A stretch of 47,608 bases of DNA, the filler included. It is 2 parts of 2 records of this genome, joined end to end, with 100 filler letters (N's around TTAATTAATTAA, not from the genome) between each part and the next. Parts side by side here need not be neighbours in the genome. Positions count along the whole stretch, not along the records: positions 16,266 to 47,608 come from SRR33789315_139; 1 more part is not named here. One strand, given 5' to 3'. The notes beneath the pieces were generated by a model. The model saw only the letters and a list, made by a program, of their open reading frames with translations. It made no database searches and was not told the origin of the DNA. The number at the start of each line of letters is the position of its first letter. The first letter of the stretch is position 1. Made by a program: the position numbers and the translations under genes. Shown here in pieces: positions 19,142-28,715 of the stretch.

Positions 19142-19354
19142 ATGACATTAAAGACAGGCATATATCGGCACTACAAAGACAAGCTCTACCAAGTGATTGG
19201 CGTAGCACGCCATAGCGAGACTGAAGAAGAGCACGTAGTCTATCGACCACTCTATGGTGAACGGGGGCTGTGGATTCGCCCCCTATCGATGTTCGACGAG
19301 TTTATCGAACTCAATGGCAAGAAAGTGAAACGCTTCACTTTCATTGAAGACTAA
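19142..19354 (+). CDS. DUF1653 family protein
   Basis: G.YRHYK...Y.V.GVARHSET.E..VVYR.LYG...LW.RP..MF. Confidence 0.9.
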   Translation: MTLKTGIYRHYKDKLYQVIGVARHSETEEEHVVYRPLYGERGLWIRPLSMFDEFIELNGKKVKRFTFIED

Positions 19355-19363
19355 GCTTTGCGC

Positions 19364-20344
19364 CTAGTCTTCTTCGCGCTGCGCGCGCTTCGCTTCTAGC
19401 TTTTCATTGCGCCTACGCTTGATTGTCTCCGCCATCGACTCACCGATGTGCGGTTCGCCGCGCGATTTCGCTAGTTGTACTTGGCGTTCACGCTCAGCAT
19501 AACGCAGTCGTTGCTCCTCGTTATGCTCATCGAAACAATGGGGGCAACTGACTCCCCGCTGGTACATCTCAGACGCCTTATCCTCTTCGGTAATAGGCAT
19601 GCGGCAAGCGTGACATTGATCGTAGGAACCCTTCTCCAACTGGTGATTCACAGTTACTCGATTGTCAAAAACGAAGCACTCCCCTTCCCAGAGTGAACGC
19701 TCCTGAGGCACATCCTCTAGATATTTTAGGATGCCACCCTCTAAGTGATACACCTCTTTGAATCCTTGCTGCTTCATGAAAGCAGTAGATTTTTCACAGC
19801 GAATCCCGCCAGTGCAGAACATAGCGACCTTCTTGTGCTTGCCAGGGTCTAGCCTTTGCTTGGCAAACTCTGGGAATTCTCGAAAAGACTCAGTGCGAGG
19901 GTTGAGCGCGTTTTTGAAAGTGCCGATCTGCACCTCGTAATCGTTCCGAGTATCGACTAGCAACACATCGGGATCCGAGATCAATGCATTCCAATCTTCT
20001 GGCTTCACATAGGTCCCCACGATGTCATTCGGGTCGATATCCTCAACCCCCATCGTGACGATCTCTTTCTTCAGCTTAACCTTAGTGCGATAGAAAGGAT
20101 TTTCGTCCGTAAAGGACTCTTTCGCGGTGAGGGTATTGATACGCGGATCGGCACGAAGAAAGTCCAGCACCGCATCGACGCCTTCACGGGATCCTGCGAT
20201 AGTGCCGTTAACACCTTCCGCTGCTAGCAGCAGAGTGCCGCGCACTTCGTGGTTAATCATCACTTCGTGTAAGGGCGCACGCAGTGTCTCGAAATCGGGC
20301 AGACGCACAAATTTATACAGTGCCGCCACTACAGTGGTAGTCAT
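19364..20344 (-). CDS. trhO: Rhodanese-domain tRNA U34 hydroxylase (YceA/UPF0176)
   Basis: [39 protein letters not shown]. Confidence 0.93.
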   Translation of the reverse strand: MTTTVVAALYKFVRLPDFETLRAPLHEVMINHEVRGTLLLAAEGVNGTIAGSREGVDAVLDFLRADPRINTLTAKESFTDENPFYRTKVKLKKEIVTMGVEDIDPNDIVGTYVKPEDWNALISDPDVLLVDTRNDYEVQIGTFKNALNPRTESFREFPEFAKQRLDPGKHKKVAMFCTGGIRCEKSTAFMKQQGFKEVYHLEGGILKYLEDVPQERSLWEGECFVFDNRVTVNHQLEKGSYDQCHACRMPITEEDKASEMYQRGVSCPHCFDEHNEEQRLRYAERERQVQLAKSRGEPHIGESMAETIKRRRNEKLEAKRAQREED

Positions 20345-20436
20345 AGAACCTCTCTTGCCGCCTGAATCGCAAATCCAGCGCATGGTGGGGTAGTTGTAAG
20401 CGTGGGCATTTTACACGACTTTGCTCAAAATCAAAC

Positions 20437-22257
20437 TTACGGACATTCCTCATGGTGTCGAATAACTTCGAGGAAGGCTGCACCATATTTCTCGAGCTTA
20501 CTCTGCCCTACGCCACTGATGCCCAGAAACTGGGCTTCAGTAAGGGGCCGATAATGAACCATGTCCATCAGACTCGCGTCGTGGAAAATGACATAGGGGG
20601 CGACATCTTTTTCGTCAGCGAGTTGCTTGCGGCACTGCCGTAGCGCTTCCCATAGATCCTTGTCCGCATCTGCCACCGCTTGTTTATAACGCGTCTTGCG
20701 CTCCGGCTTGGCACTAGGCTCTTGGACATCGATACGTAGCGCAATACTGTGCTCGCCCTTCAGCAAACCACGGGACTTCTCGTTCAGGTGTAAACCACCG
20801 TAGGTAGCGTGATCCACGCTCAAATACCCGCGCGCCACCAATTGCCTGAACACTGAACGCCACGCATTGCCGTTGTGATCCTTGCCAATCCCAAAGGTCG
20901 AAATCACATGGTGATTATTTTGGAATATCTTGTCCGTCTCCGCGCCTAGCAATACATCGATTAGATAATTGACCCCAAAGCGCTGCCCCGTGCGGTACAC
21001 GCAAGAAAGTGCCTTGCGGGACGCCTGCGTTCCATCCCATGTAGGAACAGGATTTAAACACGCATCGCAGTTACCGCAGGCATCTACGCTAGGCTCGCCA
21101 AAATAGTGTAATAGCGCATGTCGACGACAGCTGGTGATCTCACAAAGTCCCAGCATGGCATCTAGTTTGGCGCGTTCTACCCGTTTAAATTTCTCATTAC
21201 CTTGCGAGGCATCCATCATCTGCCGCAGCATGATGACATCTTGCAGTCCGTAAACCATCCACGCAGTTGCGGGCTCGCCGTCACGTCCTGCACGGCCTGT
21301 CTCTTGATAGTAAGCCTCCAGACTCTTGGGCAAATCAAGGTGAACGATGAAGCGCACATCAGGCTTATCTATGCCCATGCCGAAGGCAATTGTTGCTACT
21401 ACGATGACGCTCTCTTCACGTAAGAAACGCTGTTGGTTCAGTGCGCGTTGCTCGCTACTCAGTCCGGCATGATAAGGCACCGCATCGAAGCCTTGTGTGA
21501 CCAACCAAGCAGCCGTATCGTCAACTTTTTTACGGGAAAGGCAATACACGATGCCGGCATCGCGCTCGTGCTCGCGCCGAAGAAAACGCAATAACTGCTG
21601 CCTGGGATTTTGTTTCTGAGTAATGCGGTATTGGATGTTCGGGCGATCGAAACCACTCACGAAATGGGTCGCATCCACGAGACCCAAGCGCTGGGCAATC
21701 TCGACCCGGGTATTCGCATCCGCTGTCGCGGTTAGGGCAATGCGCGGCACTTCTGGGAACTCTTCTTGTAGGCGTGAGAGCTGCAAATAGTCCACGCGGA
21801 AGTCATGCCCCCACTGCGAAACGCAATGGGCCTCGTCAATAGCGAACAGGGCGATAGGCAGTGAGCGTAGAAGCTGAACAGTCGCCTCTTGATTCAAACG
21901 CTCGGGAGCGACATAGAGCATATCCAGCTGCCCCTGCCGCAGGGCGTTAACCACATCGCGCTGCGCATCTAAGGACAGCGAGGAGTTTAGGAAGCTAGCC
22001 CTTACACCGAGTTCACGAAGTGCATCGACCTGATCCTGCATAAGCGCGATAAGAGGCGAGACAATAATGCCCACCCCCTCACGCAGCATGCTCGGAATCT
22101 GATAGCACAGCGATTTCCCGCCACCTGTGGGCATTAACACGAGACAATTACGCCCCGCCATTAGCTCGTCAATGATCTCGCGCTGCGGCGCACGAAATTG
22201 CTCGTAGCCAAAAGTGGATTTCAGAATCTGTTCTGGTTTCTGTGACGTCGCTGGCAT
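20437..22257 (-). CDS. recQ: ATP-dependent DNA helicase RecQ
   Basis: [27 protein letters not shown], Zn-binding C..CD.C, RQC and HRDC domains. Confidence 0.98.
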   Translation of the reverse strand: MPATSQKPEQILKSTFGYEQFRAPQREIIDELMAGRNCLVLMPTGGGKSLCYQIPSMLREGVGIIVSPLIALMQDQVDALRELGVRASFLNSSLSLDAQRDVVNALRQGQLDMLYVAPERLNQEATVQLLRSLPIALFAIDEAHCVSQWGHDFRVDYLQLSRLQEEFPEVPRIALTATADANTRVEIAQRLGLVDATHFVSGFDRPNIQYRITQKQNPRQQLLRFLRREHERDAGIVYCLSRKKVDDTAAWLVTQGFDAVPYHAGLSSEQRALNQQRFLREESVIVVATIAFGMGIDKPDVRFIVHLDLPKSLEAYYQETGRAGRDGEPATAWMVYGLQDVIMLRQMMDASQGNEKFKRVERAKLDAMLGLCEITSCRRHALLHYFGEPSVDACGNCDACLNPVPTWDGTQASRKALSCVYRTGQRFGVNYLIDVLLGAETDKIFQNNHHVISTFGIGKDHNGNAWRSVFRQLVARGYLSVDHATYGGLHLNEKSRGLLKGEHSIALRIDVQEPSAKPERKTRYKQAVADADKDLWEALRQCRKQLADEKDVAPYVIFHDASLMDMVHYRPLTEAQFLGISGVGQSKLEKYGAAFLEVIRHHEECP

Positions 22258-22304
22258 GGTTTAAGGCAGTTCGAGAAAGTGAATTGCTACGATCATAGTA
22301 GTCC

Positions 22305-22345
22305 AAAATAAAGACGGCCTGTCCCGCGTTGCGGAACAGGCCGTT
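22305..22345 (-). terminator. Rho-independent terminator after the DUF3014 gene
   Basis: Minus strand ACGGCCTGTTCCGC-AAC-GCGGGACAGGCCGT followed by CTTTATTTT. Confidence 0.7.
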
Positions 22346-22372
22346 ATTCTTGCACAGCCCGGCAATAGGCTA

Positions 22373-23218
22373 TCAGGGCGTTGCTAGGGCTTCGCGATAT
22401 TGGCGCAAGGAGAGTTTTAGTTTCTCTGCATTCTGAGGTCCCATGCGCAGCAATTGCTTTTCCACTGGGCTCATACGCTCTATCTCAGAGTCCGCATAAA
22501 CATACATCACTTTAGGCTTAATCAACTGAAAAGGGCCTTCAGCGGTACGGGCATTAAGAACTGTATCGATAGCGCGCACTAGCGTGTTGTCGAAATCGCG
22601 ATTTGGATAACCGATCTCTCTATAGGCTTCTTGAAACAGAGGCTTCATTACACGATAAATTGCCATAGCTCGTTCTTGGCTGACCGCCGTTAGGCCATCG
22701 ACTAAGGGCGTATAACGTTGATACGAGACGGTCTGCATCTCGAATAAATTTTCATCCAACTCACGCACAGCCATGGCTTGAGAGGGGCGACGGACGGGAT
22801 ACTCTAACTGTGGTAAGTTGCCGTCAGCGACGTTGTCGACGAAGACCACAAACTTCCGAATCAGGTCCTCCGACACAATCAGACTCAGCAAGCGCGCACC
22901 CGTCTCAAGGCCTTGAATTCTTTCGGTCAAGAAGGCGTCGCTCTCATTTAGAACAGGAAGCTCCACGACCTCCTCAACCACTTCAGGCTCCACTGGCTCG
23001 ATTACTGCCACGGCAGGAGCCGGGGCAGGAACAATAGGCGTAGGGGTTGGAACAGGCGTCTCGTCGCGCTGAATTGGCTCTGGGGCACGCGGCACTGGCG
23101 GTGCGATATCGACAGTACGAGTACCCTCTGGACTTTCAAATGTTGCCGCTAGGTAGACCAGGAACAGCAAGCCTATGACGGCGATTGCAGCAATGATGGT
23201 CAAACTCTTATTAGGCAT
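22373..23218 (-). CDS. DUF3014 family membrane-anchored protein
   Basis: N-terminal TM, Pro-rich linker, LP.L.ESD, Y.RY, PLFQEAY.E.GYP, KQLLRMGP.N. Confidence 0.85.
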   Translation of the reverse strand: MPNKSLTIIAAIAVIGLLFLVYLAATFESPEGTRTVDIAPPVPRAPEPIQRDETPVPTPTPIVPAPAPAVAVIEPVEPEVVEEVVELPVLNESDAFLTERIQGLETGARLLSLIVSEDLIRKFVVFVDNVADGNLPQLEYPVRRPSQAMAVRELDENLFEMQTVSYQRYTPLVDGLTAVSQERAMAIYRVMKPLFQEAYREIGYPNRDFDNTLVRAIDTVLNARTAEGPFQLIKPKVMYVYADSEIERMSPVEKQLLRMGPQNAEKLKLSLRQYREALATP

Positions 23219-23366
23219 GAATATCCCCGCAAAATGACTAGTATGAAATTCTGTGCGCCTGGCACGGAAGGCATTCTTGCACAGCCCCCCAGTAGCGGCA
23301 AGCGAACCCCATTGAAATCAGCTTGTTGCCCACTATTGTCATATTTTCGGCACAATCCAAGCGGCC

Positions 23367-23939
23367 TTAGGACGGGAGCTCACCTGCTCCCAAAAGTACT
23401 GCTATTCCAAGGAACGCGAAGATCAAGGCTGCCACGATATGCACCGTCCGAACTGGCAGTTTATCGGCAATGCTATTACCCAAAAGTACCGCGGGCACAT
23501 TCGCAATCATCATCCCAAGAGTCGTGCCAAGCACAACGGGCACGAGGGCTTGATAATTAGCCGCCAGAGCGACGGTCGCTACCTGAGTCTTATCCCCCAT
23601 CTCTGCCAAGAAGAACGCGATCAGCGTGGTCAAAAAGACCCCCTTCGCGACAAGCGCAGCCTCGGACTCATCGAATTTATCCGGCACCAAGGTCCAAGCG
23701 GCCATGGCGATAAAGGACACCCCTAAAATCCAGCGCAGCGTGTCAGGAGCAACCAGAGAGGTAATCCAAGTGCCTAAGACACCTGCAAGACCATGATTCG
23801 CAAGCGTGGCAATGAGAATGCCGAGGATGATCGGAACTGGCTTGCGGTATTTTGCGGCGAGGATAAAGGCCAGTAATTGAGTCTTATCCCCAATCTCAGC
23901 CAGCGCCACTATGCCGGTAGCCACCAAAAAAGCTTCCAT
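23367..23939 (-). CDS. TMEM165/GDT1 (UPF0016) Mn2+/Ca2+ exporter, MneA-like
   Basis: Duplicated motif EIGDKTQ / EMGDKTQ. Confidence 0.93.
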   Translation of the reverse strand: MEAFLVATGIVALAEIGDKTQLLAFILAAKYRKPVPIILGILIATLANHGLAGVLGTWITSLVAPDTLRWILGVSFIAMAAWTLVPDKFDESEAALVAKGVFLTTLIAFFLAEMGDKTQVATVALAANYQALVPVVLGTTLGMMIANVPAVLLGNSIADKLPVRTVHIVAALIFAFLGIAVLLGAGELPS

Positions 23940-23988
23940 AAAACACTCTTAGTGCAGCGTGAAAGCGCGCGATTATAGCGCCGCCACA

Positions 23989-25074
23989 CTACCAGCGCAT
24001 CACGCTTCGTCGATAATCTCTATTGATATTGGTATACATAGTGCGAAGCTCTTCAAGACGGGCTGCCGCTGCGCCATTATTCATCGTCTGCAAATAGGGC
24101 GTGCTATCCACCAAGGTTTGCAGATCTTCAATGCTGCGTTGTAAAGACTTCACCGAAATTTGGATACGGTCGCGGTACAACTGTCGCTGCATCTCGTATT
24201 CGCGATACTGGGGATTCTCTCGGCGTACCGTTCCGCAACTCTGCCTCACCTGACCTGTCGAAGTTACGACATCGCGGCAGACATATTCGGAGATATAGCG
24301 CTCAACCGGACGATCCAAGCTCATTGGCACTGAGCGTAAAGAATAATCCGCCAACTGTGCCTCCGCGTAGGCCTTACCGTATAGCAAGTCGAAACGAGTC
24401 TGAGCGCGCATCGGATCGTCAACCTCAACAAGCGCCTCTGGATCACCTAGTGCTATTGCATAGGCATATTGTAGATCTTCTATATCCCGCATATTAGCCA
24501 ACGCTGATCGTTGCAACAGATTGCCACGCACGGCCTGCAGCTTCCATTCGCCGAACGCGAGCACAGCATTCGCGTAAGCCTGCGATCCCGGCTCATAGAG
24601 TCGAGTCTCGATATGCAGCGCCAAATGCTCCTTATCGTCAGCCGCCTCCCAGTCCCCAGCCGCCTTATACGCCTTAATCAAGCTTACGAGCACTTCAATT
24701 TGCGATGGGCTATACAAGCCATCACTAATGCGCGTGATACTCAGCGCGCGCTCGAAGAAGACGGCTGCGGATTGAAATTGACCCAAGTCGAGATAGTAGC
24801 GCCCCATGTCTTTTAATACTTCGATAAGACTTGGGTCATAAGGGCCTAACTCACTCTCCAATGCCTCTAGGTTTTCTTGATGGAGTGTAATCTGCCGACT
24901 AATCTCCAACGCAGTCTGTTCATCTAGCTCTGGGAGAGCGTCTATATCTAACTCAGGAACCTCCAATGCGTCATCGGACTGTGCTTCATCTGCCGCAAAA
25001 GCCGCAATGGAGACGAGCAAGCTCATGAGCAGACTCGCAATAAATAATAATTGGCGATAATCCAAAACTGACAT
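23989..25074 (-). CDS. Exported tetratricopeptide-repeat protein
   Basis: Signal/TM segment, acidic linker, TPR-like helices (A...FERAL.I.R...GLY); start placed at ATG 25074. Confidence 0.7.
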   Translation of the reverse strand: MSVLDYRQLLFIASLLMSLLVSIAAFAADEAQSDDALEVPELDIDALPELDEQTALEISRQITLHQENLEALESELGPYDPSLIEVLKDMGRYYLDLGQFQSAAVFFERALSITRISDGLYSPSQIEVLVSLIKAYKAAGDWEAADDKEHLALHIETRLYEPGSQAYANAVLAFGEWKLQAVRGNLLQRSALANMRDIEDLQYAYAIALGDPEALVEVDDPMRAQTRFDLLYGKAYAEAQLADYSLRSVPMSLDRPVERYISEYVCRDVVTSTGQVRQSCGTVRRENPQYREYEMQRQLYRDRIQISVKSLQRSIEDLQTLVDSTPYLQTMNNGAAAARLEELRTMYTNINRDYRRSVMRW

Positions 25075-25230
25075 GCAAGGCTTCTCTTGGGCGATCCTAA
25101 ATAAAACGTATAAGGCCGAACTTCGTTGACGTGCCGCAATCAAGCAGGTCACACTTAGACCCTCCCCCGCTCGATAAAGTCCCACATAAATCAAAACACT
25201 AACAGGGGGAATATAGCAAGGAGACCGAAA

Positions 25231-25875
25231 ATGAAAAGATTAATACTAACGGCCTCGGTGATTGCAGTGACCTGCGCAACGAGCGTGATCTATTCGCAGG
25301 ACAATAGCATGAGTTTCTTTATTACTAGCGTTGGCTCAGGTAACGGCGCTAATCTTGGTGGCTTAGCGGGAGCCGATGCGCATTGCGCCACACTGGCAAG
25401 CGCAGTAGGCGCTGGAGGCAAAACTTGGGCCGCCTATCTGAGTACGCAATCGGTTGGCGGTCAAGACGCTATCAACGCACGCGACCGCATCGGCTCAGGG
25501 CCCTGGTACAACGCTAAGGGGACCATGATTGCTGCAAATGTTGAGCAATTACACAGCGAAGCGGCCATGACCGGCAAGGAGAACTCGCTAACCGAAGCCG
25601 GCAATGTTGTGAACGGTCGCGGTGACACACCAAACACACACGACATTCTGACAGGCTCACAATTGGATGGCACCGCTTTCCCACCAGGCGACGATTTGAC
25701 CTGTAGCAACTGGACCAGCAGCAGCACGGGCTCGGCGCAGGTTGGTCATCATGATCGACAAGGTGGCGGGGCAAATCCAACATCTTGGAATAGCGCCCAT
25801 GGCAGCCGTAGCTGCAGCCAAGAAGACCTTATTGCCACTGGTGGCAATGGCTACTTCTACTGCTTCGCCTACTAG
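25231..25875 (+). CDS. Secreted endostatin/collagen-NC10-like (C-type lectin fold, DUF1554-related) protein
   Basis: Signal peptide, GGLAGADAHC, RDRIG.GPWYN, HDILTGS, CSNWTS, FYCFA; AGGAG Shine-Dalgarno. Confidence 0.75.
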   Translation: MKRLILTASVIAVTCATSVIYSQDNSMSFFITSVGSGNGANLGGLAGADAHCATLASAVGAGGKTWAAYLSTQSVGGQDAINARDRIGSGPWYNAKGTMIAANVEQLHSEAAMTGKENSLTEAGNVVNGRGDTPNTHDILTGSQLDGTAFPPGDDLTCSNWTSSSTGSAQVGHHDRQGGGANPTSWNSAHGSRSCSQEDLIATGGNGYFYCFAY

Positions 25876-25889
25876 AGCAGGTCACACCT

Positions 25890-25924
25890 AGACACCGCAG
25901 GTAGTTAACCTGTGGTGTCTTTCT
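25890..25924 (+). terminator. Probable Rho-independent terminator
   Basis: AGACACCGCAGGT-AGTTA-ACCTGTGGTGTCT followed by TTCT. Confidence 0.7.
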
Positions 25925-26019
25925 CCACTTACAATCCTTCCTTACCCATCACTGCTTCTTGAGCACATTGCTGTTATAGTCATCGCCTTGATGACTCGCG
26001 CAATTCAGTGGATCCGAAC

Positions 26020-26973
26020 ATGGAATTTAAGGATTACTACAAGGTGTTAGGCGTCGAGCCCGATGCCGACCTAAAGGCGATCAAAACCGCCTACCGCAAG
26101 CTTGCCCGCAAATACCATCCCGATGTGAGCGATGAGCACGACGCGGAGAATCGCTTTAAAGAGATCGCCGAAGCCTACGAAGTGCTCTCCGACGACACCA
26201 AGCGCGCCGAGTATGAACAACTGCGTAAGTACGGCCGCGCCGGTGAGAAGTTCGAACCACCCCCCGAATGGCAGAGTCGAGCCGGTGCCAATCAAGGCGC
26301 ACAGGGTGACTTCTCCGATTTCTTCGAAAACATCTTCGGCAGTGGTGCATTCGGGCGTGGTAACGCAAGCAGGTCGCGCAGTAGTGAAGACTTTACGAGT
26401 CAGCGAGGCCGCGACGTAGAAGTCGAATTACCGCTGTTTCTCGAGGACACCTTCTCCGATGAAGCGCGTCCGATCGAGTACTCGATGCCACACTACGGTC
26501 CTGAAGGGCGCTTGCCTGACGTTCGTAAAACCCTAAAAGTGAAGATTCCTGTCGGGGTAGTGGATGGAGAGCGCATCAGACTGAAGGGGCAAGGTGGACC
26601 AGGCTTCGGCAACGGAGCTGCAGGCGATTTGTTCCTCCGCATCCGTTTCATTCCGCACCCACTTTACGACATCGCGGGGCCCGACTTGAGCATAGTGGTG
26701 CCAATCGCTCCTTGGGAGGCTGCATTAGGCACCAAGCTTACCCTCCCAACTCCAACCGGAAAGATTAGTATCACTGTGCCCGCCAATAGCCAATCTGGAC
26801 AGCGTCTGCGCATCAAAGGAAAGGGGCTGCGAACTCGCAAAGGGCATGGCGATTTGTTTGCCGTATTAAAGGTTGTGATGCCAGAGAGCAATCTAGCCCA
26901 AACTGAAAAGCTGTGGCAGGAACTAGCAGAAAAAGCCAGATTTAATCCCCGTAAAGAATGGGAGTCTTCATGA
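26020..26973 (+). CDS. cbpA: Curved DNA-binding DnaJ-class co-chaperone
   Basis: J-domain with HPD, DFSDFF G/F region, no Zn finger, APWEAALG; followed by cbpM. Confidence 0.92.
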   Translation: MEFKDYYKVLGVEPDADLKAIKTAYRKLARKYHPDVSDEHDAENRFKEIAEAYEVLSDDTKRAEYEQLRKYGRAGEKFEPPPEWQSRAGANQGAQGDFSDFFENIFGSGAFGRGNASRSRSSEDFTSQRGRDVEVELPLFLEDTFSDEARPIEYSMPHYGPEGRLPDVRKTLKVKIPVGVVDGERIRLKGQGGPGFGNGAAGDLFLRIRFIPHPLYDIAGPDLSIVVPIAPWEAALGTKLTLPTPTGKISITVPANSQSGQRLRIKGKGLRTRKGHGDLFAVLKVVMPESNLAQTEKLWQELAEKARFNPRKEWESS

Positions 26974-27278
26974 TGCAAATCGACTATACATTGACCTTTA
27001 ATCTTGACGATGCTTGCCAAGCAATCGGCTCCGAGGAAACCTTGGTTTATGCCATCGTAGAACATGGTATCGTCGAGCCTGAGGGTAACTTGCCGCAGGA
27101 GTGGCTGTTCGACCTTGAAATGATTTGCACGGCGAAACGTGCGCTTCGCTTGCAACGAGATTTACACTTAGACTGGTCCGCGATTGCTTTAGTTGTTTCT
27201 CTAGTCGAGGAGCGAGATCGTTTGCGCAGCCACAACCAGAAACTGCAAGCGCAGTTGCAGAGATTTTTGCAAGACTAA
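26970..27278 (+). CDS. cbpM: Chaperone modulator CbpM
   Basis: MerR-like fold, [23 protein letters not shown] overlap with cbpA. Confidence 0.9.
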   Translation: MMQIDYTLTFNLDDACQAIGSEETLVYAIVEHGIVEPEGNLPQEWLFDLEMICTAKRALRLQRDLHLDWSAIALVVSLVEERDRLRSHNQKLQAQLQRFLQD

Positions 27279-27304
27279 TCGCAATAGGAGATTTCGTCCT
27301 TTTT

Positions 27305-27772
27305 ATGGCAGTCGAAATAGAACGTAAATACTTAGTGATTCAAGATAAGCTCCCACCATTACATGATGGCGAGTTAATCTTTCAAAGTTATGTACCGACT
27401 ACGAACAGCAGCACGGTTAGGGTACGTCTATGTGGCGCTGCTGCATTCCTTACTCTTAAAGGCCCTACACATGGCATTAGCCGAGCGGAATTCGAATACC
27501 CTATTCCACCAGCCGATGCCCACGATATGTTAACGCGACTGTGCTCACCTGGTGCTATCGAGAAGACACGCTACAAAGTGTTGAATGATGGAATGATCTG
27601 GGAGATCGACGTATTTGCAGGGGTCAACAAGGGACTAATCCTTGCGGAGATCGAACTGGAATCTGAGACGCAGCCCTTTAAACTACCCGAATGGATCGGC
27701 GCGGAAGTAAGCGCGGATTTACGTTATTCAAACCAATCTCTTATGAAGACTCCTTGGTCTAAGTGGCGCTAA
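27305..27772 (+). CDS. CYTH-domain triphosphate tunnel metalloenzyme
   Basis: EIERK, VRVR, LTLKG, R.EFEY.IP, IEKTRY, WEID.F, EIEL; ATG at 27305. Confidence 0.92.
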   Translation: MAVEIERKYLVIQDKLPPLHDGELIFQSYVPTTNSSTVRVRLCGAAAFLTLKGPTHGISRAEFEYPIPPADAHDMLTRLCSPGAIEKTRYKVLNDGMIWEIDVFAGVNKGLILAEIELESETQPFKLPEWIGAEVSADLRYSNQSLMKTPWSKWR

Positions 27773-27800
27773 TAGAAAAATATAGATCAATCGCCAAAGC

Positions 27801-27856
27801 CTGTCATAGAACCGCCATCGAAAAGTAATCGCTCTGTCATGTAACTGCATTATGGT
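27801..27856 (+). promoter_or_regulatory. Pho-box array and -10 element (PhoB-activated promoter)
   Basis: Heptamers at 11-bp period: CTGTCAT 27801, CCGCCAT 27812, AAGTAAT 27823, CTGTCAT 27834; TATGGT -10 at 27851, 10 nt after the last box. Confidence 0.8.
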
Positions 27857-27887
27857 GTGCCCATCTTGATCAGAAGAGGTGACTGGC

Positions 27888-28715
27888 ATGAGCGCTGCTA
27901 AAACTGTAAGCCCAATGCAAAATCCGCTCAAATATCGCGCTATATTTCTCTCAGACATCCATTTAGGCTTTAAAGGCTGCCAAGCCGACTTCCTCCTAGA
28001 TTTCCTCAACAGCACCGAGTCCGAGTTCTTGTATTTGGTGGGAGATATCTTCGACGGCTGGGAGATGAAAAAGAAATCCTTTTGGCCCGCATCGCATCAA
28101 GCAGTTGTCAACGCAATACTCAAGAAGGCGGCTAAGGGCACTAAGGTTATCTACACACCAGGCAATCACGATGAGAGCGCCCGACATTACTGTGGACACA
28201 GTTTCGACAATATTCAAATTTGCGATACCGCGGTTCACACTACTGCCGATCAACGAAAGTTGCTTGTGCTGCACGGAGACCAGTTCGATTCAGTCGTAAA
28301 ATATAGCCCCTTTTTATCCAAAGTTGGCAGTTCGATGTATTCCTATCTTTTACTTCTTAACCGCATTATTAACAGCTCACGAAATTTGGTGGGACTTCCC
28401 TATTGGTCGCTGGCAGCCCATCTAAAACACAAGGTCAAAAACGTCGTGAGTTATATCGGAAAATTCGAAGAGGCTGTTGTAGAGTCAGCTCGGTTTGAAG
28501 AGGTTCAAGGCGTTGTCTGCGGCCACATTCATCACGCGGAAATCGTAATGTTCGAAGACGTGCTGTATTGCAATACAGGCGACTGGGTTGAGAGCTGCAC
28601 GGCGATGGTCGAAGCTTACAGTGGCGCACTAAAGATTCTGCGCTGGACCGAAGACGCCGAGCAGCTCGTCGCCGATGAAGATCAGCGACGGATTCCCGCA
28701 CTTAATGCCGCATAA
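27888..28715 (+). CDS. plcP: PlcP-type metallophosphoesterase (phospholipase C; LpxH-like family)
   Basis: SDIHLG, GDIFDGW, GNHD (His rather than the LpxH Arg), HGDQFD, GHIH, N.GDWVESCTA; Pho boxes upstream; GAGG Shine-Dalgarno before ATG 27888. Confidence 0.75.
   Translation: MSAAKTVSPMQNPLKYRAIFLSDIHLGFKGCQADFLLDFLNSTESEFLYLVGDIFDGWEMKKKSFWPASHQAVVNAILKKAAKGTKVIYTPGNHDESARHYCGHSFDNIQICDTAVHTTADQRKLLVLHGDQFDSVVKYSPFLSKVGSSMYSYLLLLNRIINSSRNLVGLPYWSLAAHLKHKVKNVVSYIGKFEEAVVESARFEEVQGVVCGHIHHAEIVMFEDVLYCNTGDWVESCTAMVEAYSGALKILRWTEDAEQLVADEDQRRIPALNAA

Noticed and set aside
20437..22257. RecQ as part of an anti-phage system
   Set aside because: Canonical length and RQC-HRDC architecture among housekeeping genes, with no nuclease or DprA/PRTase partners.
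27888..28715. Annotation as lipid A enzyme LpxH
   Set aside because: GNHD rather than GNRD, the GDWVESCTA motif, upstream Pho boxes and absence of the ppiB-lpxH context favour PlcP.
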